DNA of 64,000 nt from a virus (taxonomy: Duplodnaviria; Caudoviricetes), in the IMG/VR virus record IMGVR_UViG_3300017527_001322, positions 1,843 through 65,842 of that record. The stretch is one strand, 5' to 3'. The notes beneath the pieces were generated by a model. That model saw nothing but the letters and a program-made list of their open reading frames with translations. It was not told where the DNA came from and made no database searches. The number at the start of each line of letters is the position of its first letter. Position 1 is the stretch's first letter. Position numbers and translations under genes: made by a program. Below, piece by piece: positions 1-8,165 of the stretch.

Positions 1-259
1 AACTGAAAGTCATACCACTGTGAGTGCTAACACACTATAACGAACAGGAAAGGGGGCTAACGTGGAGGAAAAAGAGGTTATAGAGACATTAGAAGATGCG
101 GAGTTCATGCTCAAGATTGCCCGCGAGTGTTTGGGAAGTGATGATTTTGTACGCGCTCAACTCAAAGGCTCAATACAAAGGATCGAAAGGGTATTAGAAA
201 CGTTAACAGCCGAAGGAAGGTAACATGCCACGATATACAATAGAAAAGGGGAGGGGAAC

Positions 260-457
260 GTGAATTACTTTTTCAAGTGTCATGTGTGTAAAGTAGAACA
301 TTCTGTTGATGGTACTTGGTCCCTATTGCCTAATGGCTGGCGCGTGGTTCACAGAGCGCAAATTGGCAGAATAGTTTGCGACCAGTGCGAAGCACCAAAA
401 GGATACCATGAACCAAAGATGAATTTCAGATTGCAGCGTGCAAGTCATAAGCGATAA
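260..457 (+). CDS. small Zn-finger protein
   Basis: CxxC...CxxC motif (CHVC, CDQC); GGGAGGGG RBS before a GTG start. Confidence 0.55.
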   Translation: MNYFFKCHVCKVEHSVDGTWSLLPNGWRVVHRAQIGRIVCDQCEAPKGYHEPKMNFRLQRASHKR

Positions 458-500
458 CACACTATAACTGTGACACCCGGTGTCACGCCTGTGTCACAGG

Positions 501-529
501 TTGACAATTGTTCCACCATGTGGTACAAT
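501..529 (+). promoter_or_regulatory. sigma70-type promoter with extended -10
   Basis: TTGACA-17 nt-TACAAT with TG upstream; GGAGGGAG RBS and ATG at 554 follow. Confidence 0.85.
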
Positions 530-553
530 CCAATTGAAAGGGAGGGAGTAAAC

Positions 554-871
554 ATGCCATTCATAATCAATATGACCGAGGCCGAGCAGAACGAACCAAT
601 CAAAACCAGGGACCTGAAGAAGGGTGACTGGGTCAAGCTGCGCAACGGCTGGTGTGCGCAGAAGGCGGACAACGTCCGCAACGTGGCCACGCCGATGTTC
701 ACGGTGTACGGTTTCTATACGGAGATTGGCTCCGTCTACGCCTGGGACATCGAGTTCAAGCTGGCCGACGACACCGACCCGGAGGGTATGATTTGGAATG
801 CCACCAACCACATCGAGCTCACGCCCAAGCAGAAGAAGATACAGGCTGAGAACGAGGCATTCTGGGGGTAG
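554..871 (+). CDS. hypothetical early protein
   Basis: strong RBS, phage-like codon usage, directly after the promoter. Confidence 0.75.
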   Translation: MPFIINMTEAEQNEPIKTRDLKKGDWVKLRNGWCAQKADNVRNVATPMFTVYGFYTEIGSVYAWDIEFKLADDTDPEGMIWNATNHIELTPKQKKIQAENEAFWG

Positions 872-873
872 AC

Positions 874-1071
874 ATGACTTTCACACTGGAAATCGACGGG
901 TTGGACAATGAGGCATTTGACCCCTACATGGGCTTTGAGATAGCAAGATTGCTACGCAGGGCCGCTGACCGGATAGAAGACCTGCGCTACACCGATGACG
1001 ACAACTGGGGCTTCGCCCTGATGGACGCCAACGGCAACAAGGTAGGGCGAGTCCTCATGGAGGTGGACTGA
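874..1071 (+). CDS. small acidic hypothetical protein
   Basis: tightly packed in the operon; D-x-NGNxVG C-terminal motif common in small phage proteins. Confidence 0.7.
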   Translation: MTFTLEIDGLDNEAFDPYMGFEIARLLRRAADRIEDLRYTDDDNWGFALMDANGNKVGRVLMEVD

Positions 1072-1072
1072 G

Positions 1073-1333
1073 ATGCAGAGGCCAGATTGGTTGACAAGCG
1101 CAAAGCTGGCCGAGGCGACAAGTAATTGGCAGTCCTGGTTCCCGGTCTACGGCGGCTTAAACAAGCACCTGTGGCCCAATGACTGGAGCACAATGTGTGA
1201 CAAGACCGGGCCAGGGGTTGGCAAGTCCTTTGACCAGCGCAAGAGCTACGGACGGACCGTGGAACTGCCGCCCTGCGAAATCTGCCTGGAGCGGGTGCGT
1301 ATAGCCAAGGAGTGGGCCGATGCTCAGGAATGA
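1073..1333 (+). CDS. hypothetical protein
   Basis: GGAGG RBS, operon packing, CxxC motif. Confidence 0.6.
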   Translation: MQRPDWLTSAKLAEATSNWQSWFPVYGGLNKHLWPNDWSTMCDKTGPGVGKSFDQRKSYGRTVELPPCEICLERVRIAKEWADAQE

Positions 1334-1580
1334 TGTCCAGCTAGAAGTGGACCGCATCACCGCCGAGTTACTGAGCGCTGACGCCAGGCCGGTTAGCGGG
1401 GAGCCCTGGGACAATCATACAATCGACGAGTTGCCCATGACCTGCTGCTTCTACTGCGGTGAGTGCCGCACGAAACTGCTTATGGTAACCAAGATTCGGT
1501 TCTGGGGACCTGCATACCAGTGCAGGTCCCACAGTCTCTGCCGAAAGAGGAAAAACCAGGGGCATGGCTGCCTCTGGTGA
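1320..1580 (+). CDS. Cys-rich hypothetical protein
   Basis: AAGGAG RBS, overlap with the upstream gene, several Cys. Confidence 0.55.
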   Translation: MLRNDVQLEVDRITAELLSADARPVSGEPWDNHTIDELPMTCCFYCGECRTKLLMVTKIRFWGPAYQCRSHSLCRKRKNQGHGCLW

Positions 1581-1593
1581 GAGGAGGAAAAAC

Positions 1594-1977
1594 ATGCCGC
1601 ACACAATTCAGAACCACAAGGAAGTCCAGGCCAAGAGCCGCAGGCACAAGGTCTGGTTCGTATGGGAGGACCCGGTCACCGGCCTCCGCCAGTACGGCGT
1701 GCGCTCCGGTGACAGCGACAGGGTCTACACAATCAGGGTCACCGAGGCCGAAGAGACCTTCACCTGCACCTGCGAGTGGGGTGGGTTCAAGACCTGGAGT
1801 GACCCCCGGACAGCCTGCTCCCACTCCCTGGCGGTTGACAACTTCCGCCAGAAAGAAGAGAAGGGCCGTGAGTCCAGCTCTGCCTGGGCCACGCTAGAGG
1901 ATGCGCTGCGCCAGCACCGACCGAAGCGCGAGGTTGGCGATAACACCTGGCTGACCAGCCGGGCAGAGGGGACATAG
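1594..1977 (+). CDS. SWIM zinc-finger protein
   Basis: CTC...CSH pattern (CxC-x(n)-CxH); GAGGAGG RBS. Confidence 0.75.
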   Translation: MPHTIQNHKEVQAKSRRHKVWFVWEDPVTGLRQYGVRSGDSDRVYTIRVTEAEETFTCTCEWGGFKTWSDPRTACSHSLAVDNFRQKEEKGRESSSAWATLEDALRQHRPKREVGDNTWLTSRAEGT

Positions 1978-1979
1978 CC

Positions 1980-2291
1980 ATGCCATACCTGCACTACAAG
2001 TCAATGAGTGAGCTCCGGGCCATGGCCCGGGGCCACTTCTTCCACCCGGACACCATGAAGCACTGGGGCAGCACAGTCTACACCCAGGTCCGAACAGGGA
2101 GTACGGGATGGTTCTTCATCACGAGTGAGGGCCGAGCCTATGCCTGGATGCCCAGACTATTCAAGGTCCGCAAGATGGACGAAGTGGGCAACGTGTCCAC
2201 CATCGGCGAGCCTCACGTCACATTCGAAGAGGCACTGGAGGCAGCCACCGAAGCTGCCAGAAAGGACAAGGAAGAGAATGAAGGGCCGTAA
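1980..2291 (+). CDS. conserved phage hypothetical protein
   Basis: HFFHPDTMKHWGS...FFITSE motif typical of a small phage family. Confidence 0.7.
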   Translation: MPYLHYKSMSELRAMARGHFFHPDTMKHWGSTVYTQVRTGSTGWFFITSEGRAYAWMPRLFKVRKMDEVGNVSTIGEPHVTFEEALEAATEAARKDKEENEGP

Positions 2292-2481
2292 GGTAATCCT
2301 GGTTGTCGTAATCCTGGTCATCATGTCGTTCTGCATCCTAGGTTGCTGGGGAGACGGTGATGTCAGGGGATGCTGGACCAACGAGTGTGTCAGGAACAGC
2401 ACGGGCGCAGCCACATCATGCCCGACACTGACACCGGTCTACAAGGAAAGCGTCATCGAGCCGGCAGTGCCGGGCAAGTGA
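2278..2481 (+). CDS. small secreted or lipoprotein
   Basis: basic N-terminus, hydrophobic stretch, ILGC lipobox-like motif. Confidence 0.5.
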   Translation: MKGRKVILVVVILVIMSFCILGCWGDGDVRGCWTNECVRNSTGAATSCPTLTPVYKESVIEPAVPGK

Positions 2482-2499
2482 AGGGGGAGTGAAGGGGGA

Positions 2500-3453
2500 G
2501 TGGTCATGGACCTGAAAGATGCAATCCAGAAGTACATTGGTTTCCTGGCGGCCATCCAGAAGTCCATGGCCACCATCAACAACTACGACAGTGCCTTCAG
2601 GCAATTCGTAGGTTTCACGGGCAATATGCCCGTTAGTGAGCTAGGTCCCCGGCACGCCAAGAGCTTCATGGTCGAGCTGGGGACTCGTGGTCTGGCACCA
2701 TCCACCGTCAAGGCCAGGATGGCTGCAATCACTGGGTTCTACGAGTACGTCGTTGATACCTGGGGACCCCTCATCGACGAAGAGGGACGCCATACCTACA
2801 TGACCAATGACCACATCCAGGCCATGAGACGCTGGCTCAAGAACAACAAGCCGAAACCCAAGAAGCGGGTACCCAGGGTGCCCAACGAGGCCCATGTCCA
2901 GACTGTCCGCCAGTACGCCCATCAGAGGGCAGCGGACAGGCCCGGTCCGTTCTCTTCCCGCAACGTGGCCATCCTTGAGATGCTGCTCTGCACCGGCTGC
3001 CGCCGCTCTGAGGTAGCGGCCCTGAAGTGGGACGACGTGGACCAGGTCAACCGGGTGGCCATTGTCAGGGGCAAGGGTGACAAAGAGCGGGTGGTGCCCC
3101 TCAGCAGGCAGGCCATGGACACCATGGAGCGCTACGCCAGGGAGTGGGCACCCAAGAACGATGGAGCTGTCTTCCAGCGTCACAACAGCCTGGGTAAGCG
3201 GCCTGCTGGGCAAATGAGCCCTGAGTCAGTCGGCAACATCCTGGACAGGCTCTGTCTGGGTGCCGGAGTGCCAGCCATCACGGCACACCAGTACCGGCAC
3301 CGAGCTGGCCAGATTATAGTCCAGGGAGCTGGGCTGGAGATGGCCAAAGAAATCATGGGCCACGAGAAAATCGAGACCACCATGGTCTACACTGATATGC
3401 AGTCCCTGGCGGTACAAGCGGCACACAGGCTGCAAGAGGAGGGTAAGCTGTAA
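2500..3453 (+). CDS. tyrosine recombinase/integrase (XerC/D-like)
   Basis: catalytic R (TGCRRSE), K (GKGDK), HxxR (HQYRH), H (MGH) and Y (TMVY); N-terminal SAM-like core-binding region. Confidence 0.93.
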   Translation: MVMDLKDAIQKYIGFLAAIQKSMATINNYDSAFRQFVGFTGNMPVSELGPRHAKSFMVELGTRGLAPSTVKARMAAITGFYEYVVDTWGPLIDEEGRHTYMTNDHIQAMRRWLKNNKPKPKKRVPRVPNEAHVQTVRQYAHQRAADRPGPFSSRNVAILEMLLCTGCRRSEVAALKWDDVDQVNRVAIVRGKGDKERVVPLSRQAMDTMERYAREWAPKNDGAVFQRHNSLGKRPAGQMSPESVGNILDRLCLGAGVPAITAHQYRHRAGQIIVQGAGLEMAKEIMGHEKIETTMVYTDMQSLAVQAAHRLQEEGKL

Positions 3454-3584
3454 TGGGGTGGAGAATCATCAAGAAGAAGCGTCGGACATCAACAAAGACC
3501 AAACTCAAACGAGCCGTTGGCTGGAAGCGCAGGGGTGGAGGCCGGCGCCGGAAGTTCACCAGCTTCGGCATGAAGGGAGGGTAG
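3453..3584 (+). CDS. 43-aa highly basic peptide (not in ORF track)
   Basis: TAATG coupling with the integrase stop; fills the gap to the next gene; K/R-rich. Confidence 0.45.
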   Translation: MGWRIIKKKRRTSTKTKLKRAVGWKRRGGGRRRKFTSFGMKGG

Positions 3585-3585
3585 T

Positions 3586-3996
3586 ATGGACCTACGAGAA
3601 CGAAATGAAGCACGACTGACCCGGCAGGAGCTCCTGCTGGACCTGTTGCACTGGGCAATATCCTACAACTTTTTCGTCTGCGATGACCAAGGAAGGAAGT
3701 CGATTCACCTCCTAGCCGTCGACGCCCAGGTGGCACTGCTGACAGAGGAACCCATGAGCAAGGAGTCAGAGGGCCAATTCAGAGACCTGATACGCTGCTC
3801 GGTGTTCCCACCAGTCATGGGCATCGAGGGTGCTGCCGCCTATCTAGGCCTGTCGGTGGGCAGTATCCGCTACCACATCCGGGTGGGCAACCTTCAGCCA
3901 TTCAGGACCGAGAGGTCACACGCCTGGCTGTTCACACTCGACGACCTGGACCGGTTCATCCGGGAGAAAGAGGGAGAAGAGGAGGAAGAAGCATGA
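3586..3996 (+). CDS. excisionase/MerR-like HTH DNA-binding protein
   Basis: C-terminal 'GAAAYLGLSVGSIRYHIRVGNL...WLFTLDDLDRF'. Confidence 0.8.
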   Translation: MDLRERNEARLTRQELLLDLLHWAISYNFFVCDDQGRKSIHLLAVDAQVALLTEEPMSKESEGQFRDLIRCSVFPPVMGIEGAAAYLGLSVGSIRYHIRVGNLQPFRTERSHAWLFTLDDLDRFIREKEGEEEEEA

Positions 3997-4382
3997 AACG
4001 AGGAGAAGCGCTGGTAGAGATGCTGGTCATGGTTGAGAACGGCGCCGGGGTCATCACCGGTGGCCGGGTCCATCCCGACATTCCCACCGGGCAAGAAATG
4101 TGCAACCGCACAAGCTGTGAGCACGCCGGCTACGGCATGTTCACGGGCATGGCTCCGACCAGCCACCGTGTCATCTTTGACGGTGGCACAGCCATGCGCA
4201 CTGCCGAGGCCGATGATGTAGGCGACCGCTTCAGTTGGTCACCACTCACTGCCGAGAGCAAGACACCGACCGAGATGATACGACCGACTCTGGAGTCAGT
4301 GGGCTTCGACTTCCAGAAGGTTGGCGATGCCCTCGTGGAAATGCTGGAGGAGTACGAAGGAAGGGAGGTGATAGAGGCATAG
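3993..4382 (+). CDS. hypothetical protein
   Basis: ATGA overlap with the upstream gene; RBS. Confidence 0.65.
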   Translation: MKRGEALVEMLVMVENGAGVITGGRVHPDIPTGQEMCNRTSCEHAGYGMFTGMAPTSHRVIFDGGTAMRTAEADDVGDRFSWSPLTAESKTPTEMIRPTLESVGFDFQKVGDALVEMLEEYEGREVIEA

Positions 4383-4405
4383 CCCTCACTCAGCTTGCAT
4401 AGCTA

Positions 4406-4439
4406 GGCCCCACCCTGGTCAGGGGTGGGGCCGTTTTTT
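4406..4439 (+). terminator. rho-independent terminator
   Basis: GGCCCCACCC/GGGTGGGGCC 10-bp stem followed by T6. Confidence 0.85.
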
Positions 4440-4480
4440 GCGTTAAAGACGGGGACGTACTAGTTCTGGCTGCTTGTACT

Positions 4481-4553
4481 TCATTCCTGTAGGATTTGAA
4501 CCCACTGCCATCAGTTTACGATACTGTTGCTCTGCCAATTGAGCTAAGGTTTG
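4481..4553 (-). tRNA. degenerate tRNA-Thr(CGT)
   Basis: 73 nt; D arm GCTC-AATTGGCA-GAGC, anticodon loop ATCGTAA, T arm GTGGG-TTCAAAT-CCTAC; two A-A mismatches in the acceptor stem; no encoded CCA. Confidence 0.7.
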
Positions 4554-4591
4554 TAAGCATCCACGGTTAGGGTACGCCCCCACCGTCAGTC

Positions 4592-4620
4592 ATTGTACCA
4601 CAGCCTTATGACAAAAGCAA
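4592..4620 (-). promoter_or_regulatory. promoter upstream of the tRNA-Thr
   Basis: TTGCTT-17 nt-TACAAT with extended TG. Confidence 0.6.
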
Positions 4621-4657
4621 ACCCCGGTCCTGTGGACGCAGGACCGGGGCCTTTTTT
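4611..4657. terminator. probable bidirectional terminator hairpin
   Basis: CCCCGGTCCTG/CAGGACCGGGG stem with T-rich tails on both strands. Confidence 0.75.
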
Positions 4658-4796
4658 GCGTTGGGCACCTGGGGGGCGCGGCCCAGGCACCCTGTCTCGA
4701 AGGAGGTGCAATAAAGAATAAGGAATGAGACCCGGTCAAGCCCGGGGACCCCAGCCCCTGGACTCGACCTCCCAAAACCACCAAATGGAGAAGGTA
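4615..4796 (-). ncRNA. candidate small RNA with anti-SD motifs
   Basis: bounded by the promoter at 4802-4831 and the hairpin at 4622-4649; no credible ORF; contains CCTTCTCC and CACCTCCTT. Confidence 0.5.
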
Positions 4797-4801
4797 GCTC
4801 C

Positions 4802-4831
4802 ATTCTACCACAAAAGCGGGGCAAATGTCAA
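4802..4831 (-). promoter_or_regulatory. sigma70-type promoter
   Basis: TTGACA-18 nt-TAGAAT with extended TG. Confidence 0.7.
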
Positions 4832-4834
4832 GTG

Positions 4835-5107
4835 CTAGAAGTCCACCTTGTTAGGGTCCTTGCCCTGCCCGTATGCATCCTCCCATTCAGGCATCCAGAA
4901 CACAATGCCACGGCTACTGCCGAGCCTTGCCATCCGGCTCTGCAGTTTCGGGTTAGCCTGCATTCGTTGCCTGGCTGTCTTCGGTGAGCATCCCCAGCGC
5001 TTGGCCATCTCTGCCGGGGTGACCATGTAGAGCTCAGGTGGAACCAGGACCTCGACGGCATCGTCAATTGCCTCCAGCATCTTGTCACGGTTAAACGACA
5101 TACTCAA
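4835..5107 (-). CDS. small HTH-like protein
   Basis: 'VTPAEMAKRWGCSPKTARQRM' HTH pattern. Confidence 0.6.
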   Translation of the reverse strand: MSMSFNRDKMLEAIDDAVEVLVPPELYMVTPAEMAKRWGCSPKTARQRMQANPKLQSRMARLGSSRGIVFWMPEWEDAYGQGKDPNKVDF

Positions 5108-5987
5108 CCTTCCTTCTCATATCCTCAATGTGAATGAATGGGTGAATCCCGAGGTTGCCATCCTCTATCTCGAAGGCATACATGCCCGTGTTCAGCTCCG
5201 GGTCACTCTTCGTCGCCTGCCGAGCGTGCCAGTTCACACCGCAGTATGAAGGTAGCCCAATGATGTGGCGCATGGTCCGGTCACCCAGCCAGTTGTCGCG
5301 CTTCACCTCGTGGATGTCCACATGGAAGTGACCACGGACGTACACCCTGGCCGGGACCTCACCTCTGGCCCTAGCCTTCATCATCCGGTCTTTCAAGTAG
5401 AGGAGCGCAGCGTTGCCTTCCGTCCACTTCCTGATGCCTTTCGAGGGGCCATGGTGGGCAATGTCAAAACCGACACCACCCAGGGTAGCGTCGGCGTGAT
5501 GTACAACCTGTACATCTAGGTCTGGATAGCTGTGTCGTATGAGCTGGGATACCTTCACCTCACTGGAGGTAGACATCCAGTCATGAGCCTCGGTGCCGGT
5601 GACCAGAATTAGCTTAGCCAGGTTGGGAACCTCCAGCCATGGTTGCAGATTCCAGAACGCGATGGCCCACTGGTCATCAGGGGCCAGGCTCTTGAAGTGG
5701 CCAGGATACTTGTTGCCGTGTGTCAGGTCGCCTGCGTGAGACAGCACAATCGGGTCGTCGCCGGCCAGGTCCTGGACATCAGACCTGTGGTCCATGTAGT
5801 AGGACCAGAGGTACCTGCTCATCTCGTTGCCCTCGACCTGCCAGGCCTCGGGCTCTGCTGTTTTGGGATTCTCTCTCCAGAGGACATGATGCGGGTTCAG
5901 GAGACCAACGACACTGCCGCCATGACTGTCTGATATGGCAGCATGCACCATACGGCTCCCTCCCCGCCTAGGGAAGGGGATTCTCAT
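5091..5987 (-). CDS. calcineurin-like metallophosphoesterase
   Basis: DxH (SDSH), GD, GTEAH, HH and GHFH metal-binding motifs. Confidence 0.75.
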   Translation of the reverse strand: MRIPFPRRGGSRMVHAAISDSHGGSVVGLLNPHHVLWRENPKTAEPEAWQVEGNEMSRYLWSYYMDHRSDVQDLAGDDPIVLSHAGDLTHGNKYPGHFKSLAPDDQWAIAFWNLQPWLEVPNLAKLILVTGTEAHDWMSTSSEVKVSQLIRHSYPDLDVQVVHHADATLGGVGFDIAHHGPSKGIRKWTEGNAALLYLKDRMMKARARGEVPARVYVRGHFHVDIHEVKRDNWLGDRTMRHIIGLPSYCGVNWHARQATKSDPELNTGMYAFEIEDGNLGIHPFIHIEDMRRKVEYVV

Positions 5988-5999
5988 TTTGTTCAGCTC

Positions 6000-6416
6000 C
6001 TACTCACCGTTGTGAGTCTGCATTGCCTTCAGCAGTTCAGCGTGGCGCTCCTGGCTGCGCCCCTCTGCCTTTTCATGCGATTTACGAAGTTGAGAAATGG
6101 CACCGACTGCCTCTGTCTGGGTAACACTCAAAGCCTGGAGAGCGTCGGTGAAGACGGTGAGCTCTGCAGCCATGCGCTCCTGGCCCTGCCTGCGCTCCCC
6201 TGCCAACTTCTCTACCATGGCAACCCAGGCATCAGTCCTCTTCGAGCCCTCTTCACGAGATTGGTCTACCATGACTTTCAACCACTCGTCTCGCTTCTCC
6301 TCTCTCTCAGAGAACCACTTCCAGAAAACACGTGCCGCAAACCCAACGCCTACCAAGACCAGGGCCAGGACAAACAGCTCGCCCCACTGGAGGCCGGGGA
6401 CATTAGTCAGGTCCAC
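6000..6416 (-). CDS. holin-like protein with one TM segment and a coiled coil
   Basis: N-terminal TM helix followed by a charged helical tail. Confidence 0.55.
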   Translation of the reverse strand: MDLTNVPGLQWGELFVLALVLVGVGFAARVFWKWFSEREEKRDEWLKVMVDQSREEGSKRTDAWVAMVEKLAGERRQGQERMAAELTVFTDALQALSVTQTEAVGAISQLRKSHEKAEGRSQERHAELLKAMQTHNGE

Positions 6417-6711
6417 TTACCTCTCCATTTCCCCGGAGGTACACTACATAAAGTGCGGTGCAAACTACTGCCACCACTCCGAACAGTATGGTAAGGGTTG
6501 CTGGCCGCCAGCGACCCACGTCCCCGGTAAAGAGCAGGTCTATGAGTAGGGCTCCGTTAACGCCAGAAATCGCAGCAACGCAAAGACAGAGGCCGCCGAA
6601 CAGCCTCGCCAGGGCGTGGGGGGTGCGGAAAAGATGAGTCGCGAACGACACCATCACGATGGCAACGTAGGCGTAAAGGGCTAGTCTCGTGACATTTAGG
6701 GGGTCTGGCAT
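6403..6711 (-). CDS. membrane protein with about 3 TM segments
   Basis: three hydrophobic segments; overlaps the neighbouring gene. Confidence 0.65.
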   Translation of the reverse strand: MPDPLNVTRLALYAYVAIVMVSFATHLFRTPHALARLFGGLCLCVAAISGVNGALLIDLLFTGDVGRWRPATLTILFGVVAVVCTALYVVYLRGNGEVSGPD

Positions 6712-6721
6712 ATCATGTCGC

Positions 6722-7054
6722 CTATGGCCTCAGCTCCAGCCTCTTCCGCTTCTTCCGCAGGTCGGTGACTCCATGCAGGCCCTGAGCTGCGATTATAGCG
6801 GTGGCCACCAGAGACCACAGCCGCTCTACCACCTGCTGCCAGGTAGTTGGCAGGGGCTCGTAGCCCATAAGCATGAAGGCACCCCAGGCCAGGATGGGCA
6901 CCAGGGCCGCCAGGCCCCAGGAGACCCAGCGCTTGTAGTCAGGCATCAGAGCCTTCAGGAACTCGACGTTATCCATCAGCCACCAGACAACGACACCTCC
7001 CCCGCCGGCCATAAGGAACAACAGAACATCACGGAACACTGTAGGGTCGCTCAT
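6722..7054 (-). CDS. putative holin (3 TM segments, basic C-terminal tail)
   Basis: three TM segments, RKKRKR tail, GAGGAGGAG RBS. Confidence 0.6.
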   Translation of the reverse strand: MSDPTVFRDVLLFLMAGGGGVVVWWLMDNVEFLKALMPDYKRWVSWGLAALVPILAWGAFMLMGYEPLPTTWQQVVERLWSLVATAIIAAQGLHGVTDLRKKRKRLELRP

Positions 7055-7082
7055 CCGCTCCTCCTCAAGAATAGTTGACAGT

Positions 7083-7158
7083 ATTATAGCACATATCTGG
7101 GCCGTAGTCAATGTGACCCCCGGTTTCCCTTGACATTCGTTTCAGGATATGGTACAAT
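7083..7158. promoter_or_regulatory. back-to-back divergent sigma70 promoters
   Basis: minus strand TTGACT-17-TATAAT (7111-7083); plus strand TTGACA-17-TACAAT (7130-7158); both have extended TG. Confidence 0.85.
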
Positions 7159-7164
7159 GATGGC

Positions 7165-7464
7165 ATGGACAACACCACACTGACAGACAGGGAAGAGGAA
7201 GTCTACATCGCACTGGCCACACTCGGGGCGCCCGAAAGCACCGGTGCCCTGGCCGAAACCATTGGATGCGGTAACGCTACGGTGTCTCGAGCAATCAACT
7301 CCCTCCTGGAGAAGGGCGCAATTTCTGCTGAGAGGGATGGCCGGGGCATCCTGGTCCACACAATCGAGACCGCTCACCCGGCGGACGTGATTGTGATGAC
7401 CAAGAACAGCCGGCTCAGAGAGTGGTATCTGAGTGGCGAGGATGAACTGGAGGAGGACGACTGA
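7165..7464 (+). CDS. winged-HTH transcriptional regulator, probably leaderless
   Basis: 'LAETIGCGNATVSRAINSLLEKGAI'; ATG lies 6 nt after the -10 box with no RBS. Confidence 0.8.
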   Translation: MDNTTLTDREEEVYIALATLGAPESTGALAETIGCGNATVSRAINSLLEKGAISAERDGRGILVHTIETAHPADVIVMTKNSRLREWYLSGEDELEEDD

Positions 7465-8165
7465 TGAAGGCGACACAGACAGCTCTCGACGGAATTGGTA
7501 CGACCAAGACAGTGAGTACGGCACGCTGCTCTAGTTGTGGCAGAACGCTCACCAACCCGGTGTCAATCGACGCTGGCATGGGGCCGGTGTGCAGGGGCAA
7601 GTCGGGCGCTGGGGTTGGGGTCGTTGCCGACGAAGATGGCATCGAGGATGAGTACCTATCTGGCTACCCGCCAAGCAGGGATGGCTACATCTGGAAGAGG
7701 GAAAGAGGCAAGGTGCTGACCAACGTCCCGCACCACGTGGTTAGCCACTCCCCCACCGGTTACGAGTTTGGGCATGGTGGCTCAGGCCCTGCCGACCTGG
7801 CGCTGAACATCCTCCAGGACTACATGCTGAACAACGACTACGTCGGCCCACGCACAGAATGCCGCAGCGGCTGGTGCTTTGCAGCAGCCTGGGCGCTGCA
7901 TCACTACTTCAAATTCGAGTTCATTGGACCAACCGGGGGTGACGAAGGCGGGGTGGGCCTGGAAGAGATTCACACCTTTCTTCTGAAGACACAGGCCATG
8001 GGTGTGGTAAGCCCAAGCTGCATGGCCATGGCCACAGGCCTGGCCGACCACGCCGACTTCGACCCCGACCGGGACGCAGCCCACTATGCCAAGTGGCTGG
8101 CCGCCCTCAGTGTAAACAGGGGTTTCCAGCAAACCGTCAAGAAATCTGGCATTCTCGACACATGA
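7464..8165 (+). CDS. Zn-finger (DUF6011-like) plus DUF6166-like protein
   Basis: CSSCGRTLTNPVSIDAGMGPVC and HSPTGYEFGHGGSGPADLAL motifs. Confidence 0.7.
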   Translation: MKATQTALDGIGTTKTVSTARCSSCGRTLTNPVSIDAGMGPVCRGKSGAGVGVVADEDGIEDEYLSGYPPSRDGYIWKRERGKVLTNVPHHVVSHSPTGYEFGHGGSGPADLALNILQDYMLNNDYVGPRTECRSGWCFAAAWALHHYFKFEFIGPTGGDEGGVGLEEIHTFLLKTQAMGVVSPSCMAMATGLADHADFDPDRDAAHYAKWLAALSVNRGFQQTVKKSGILDT

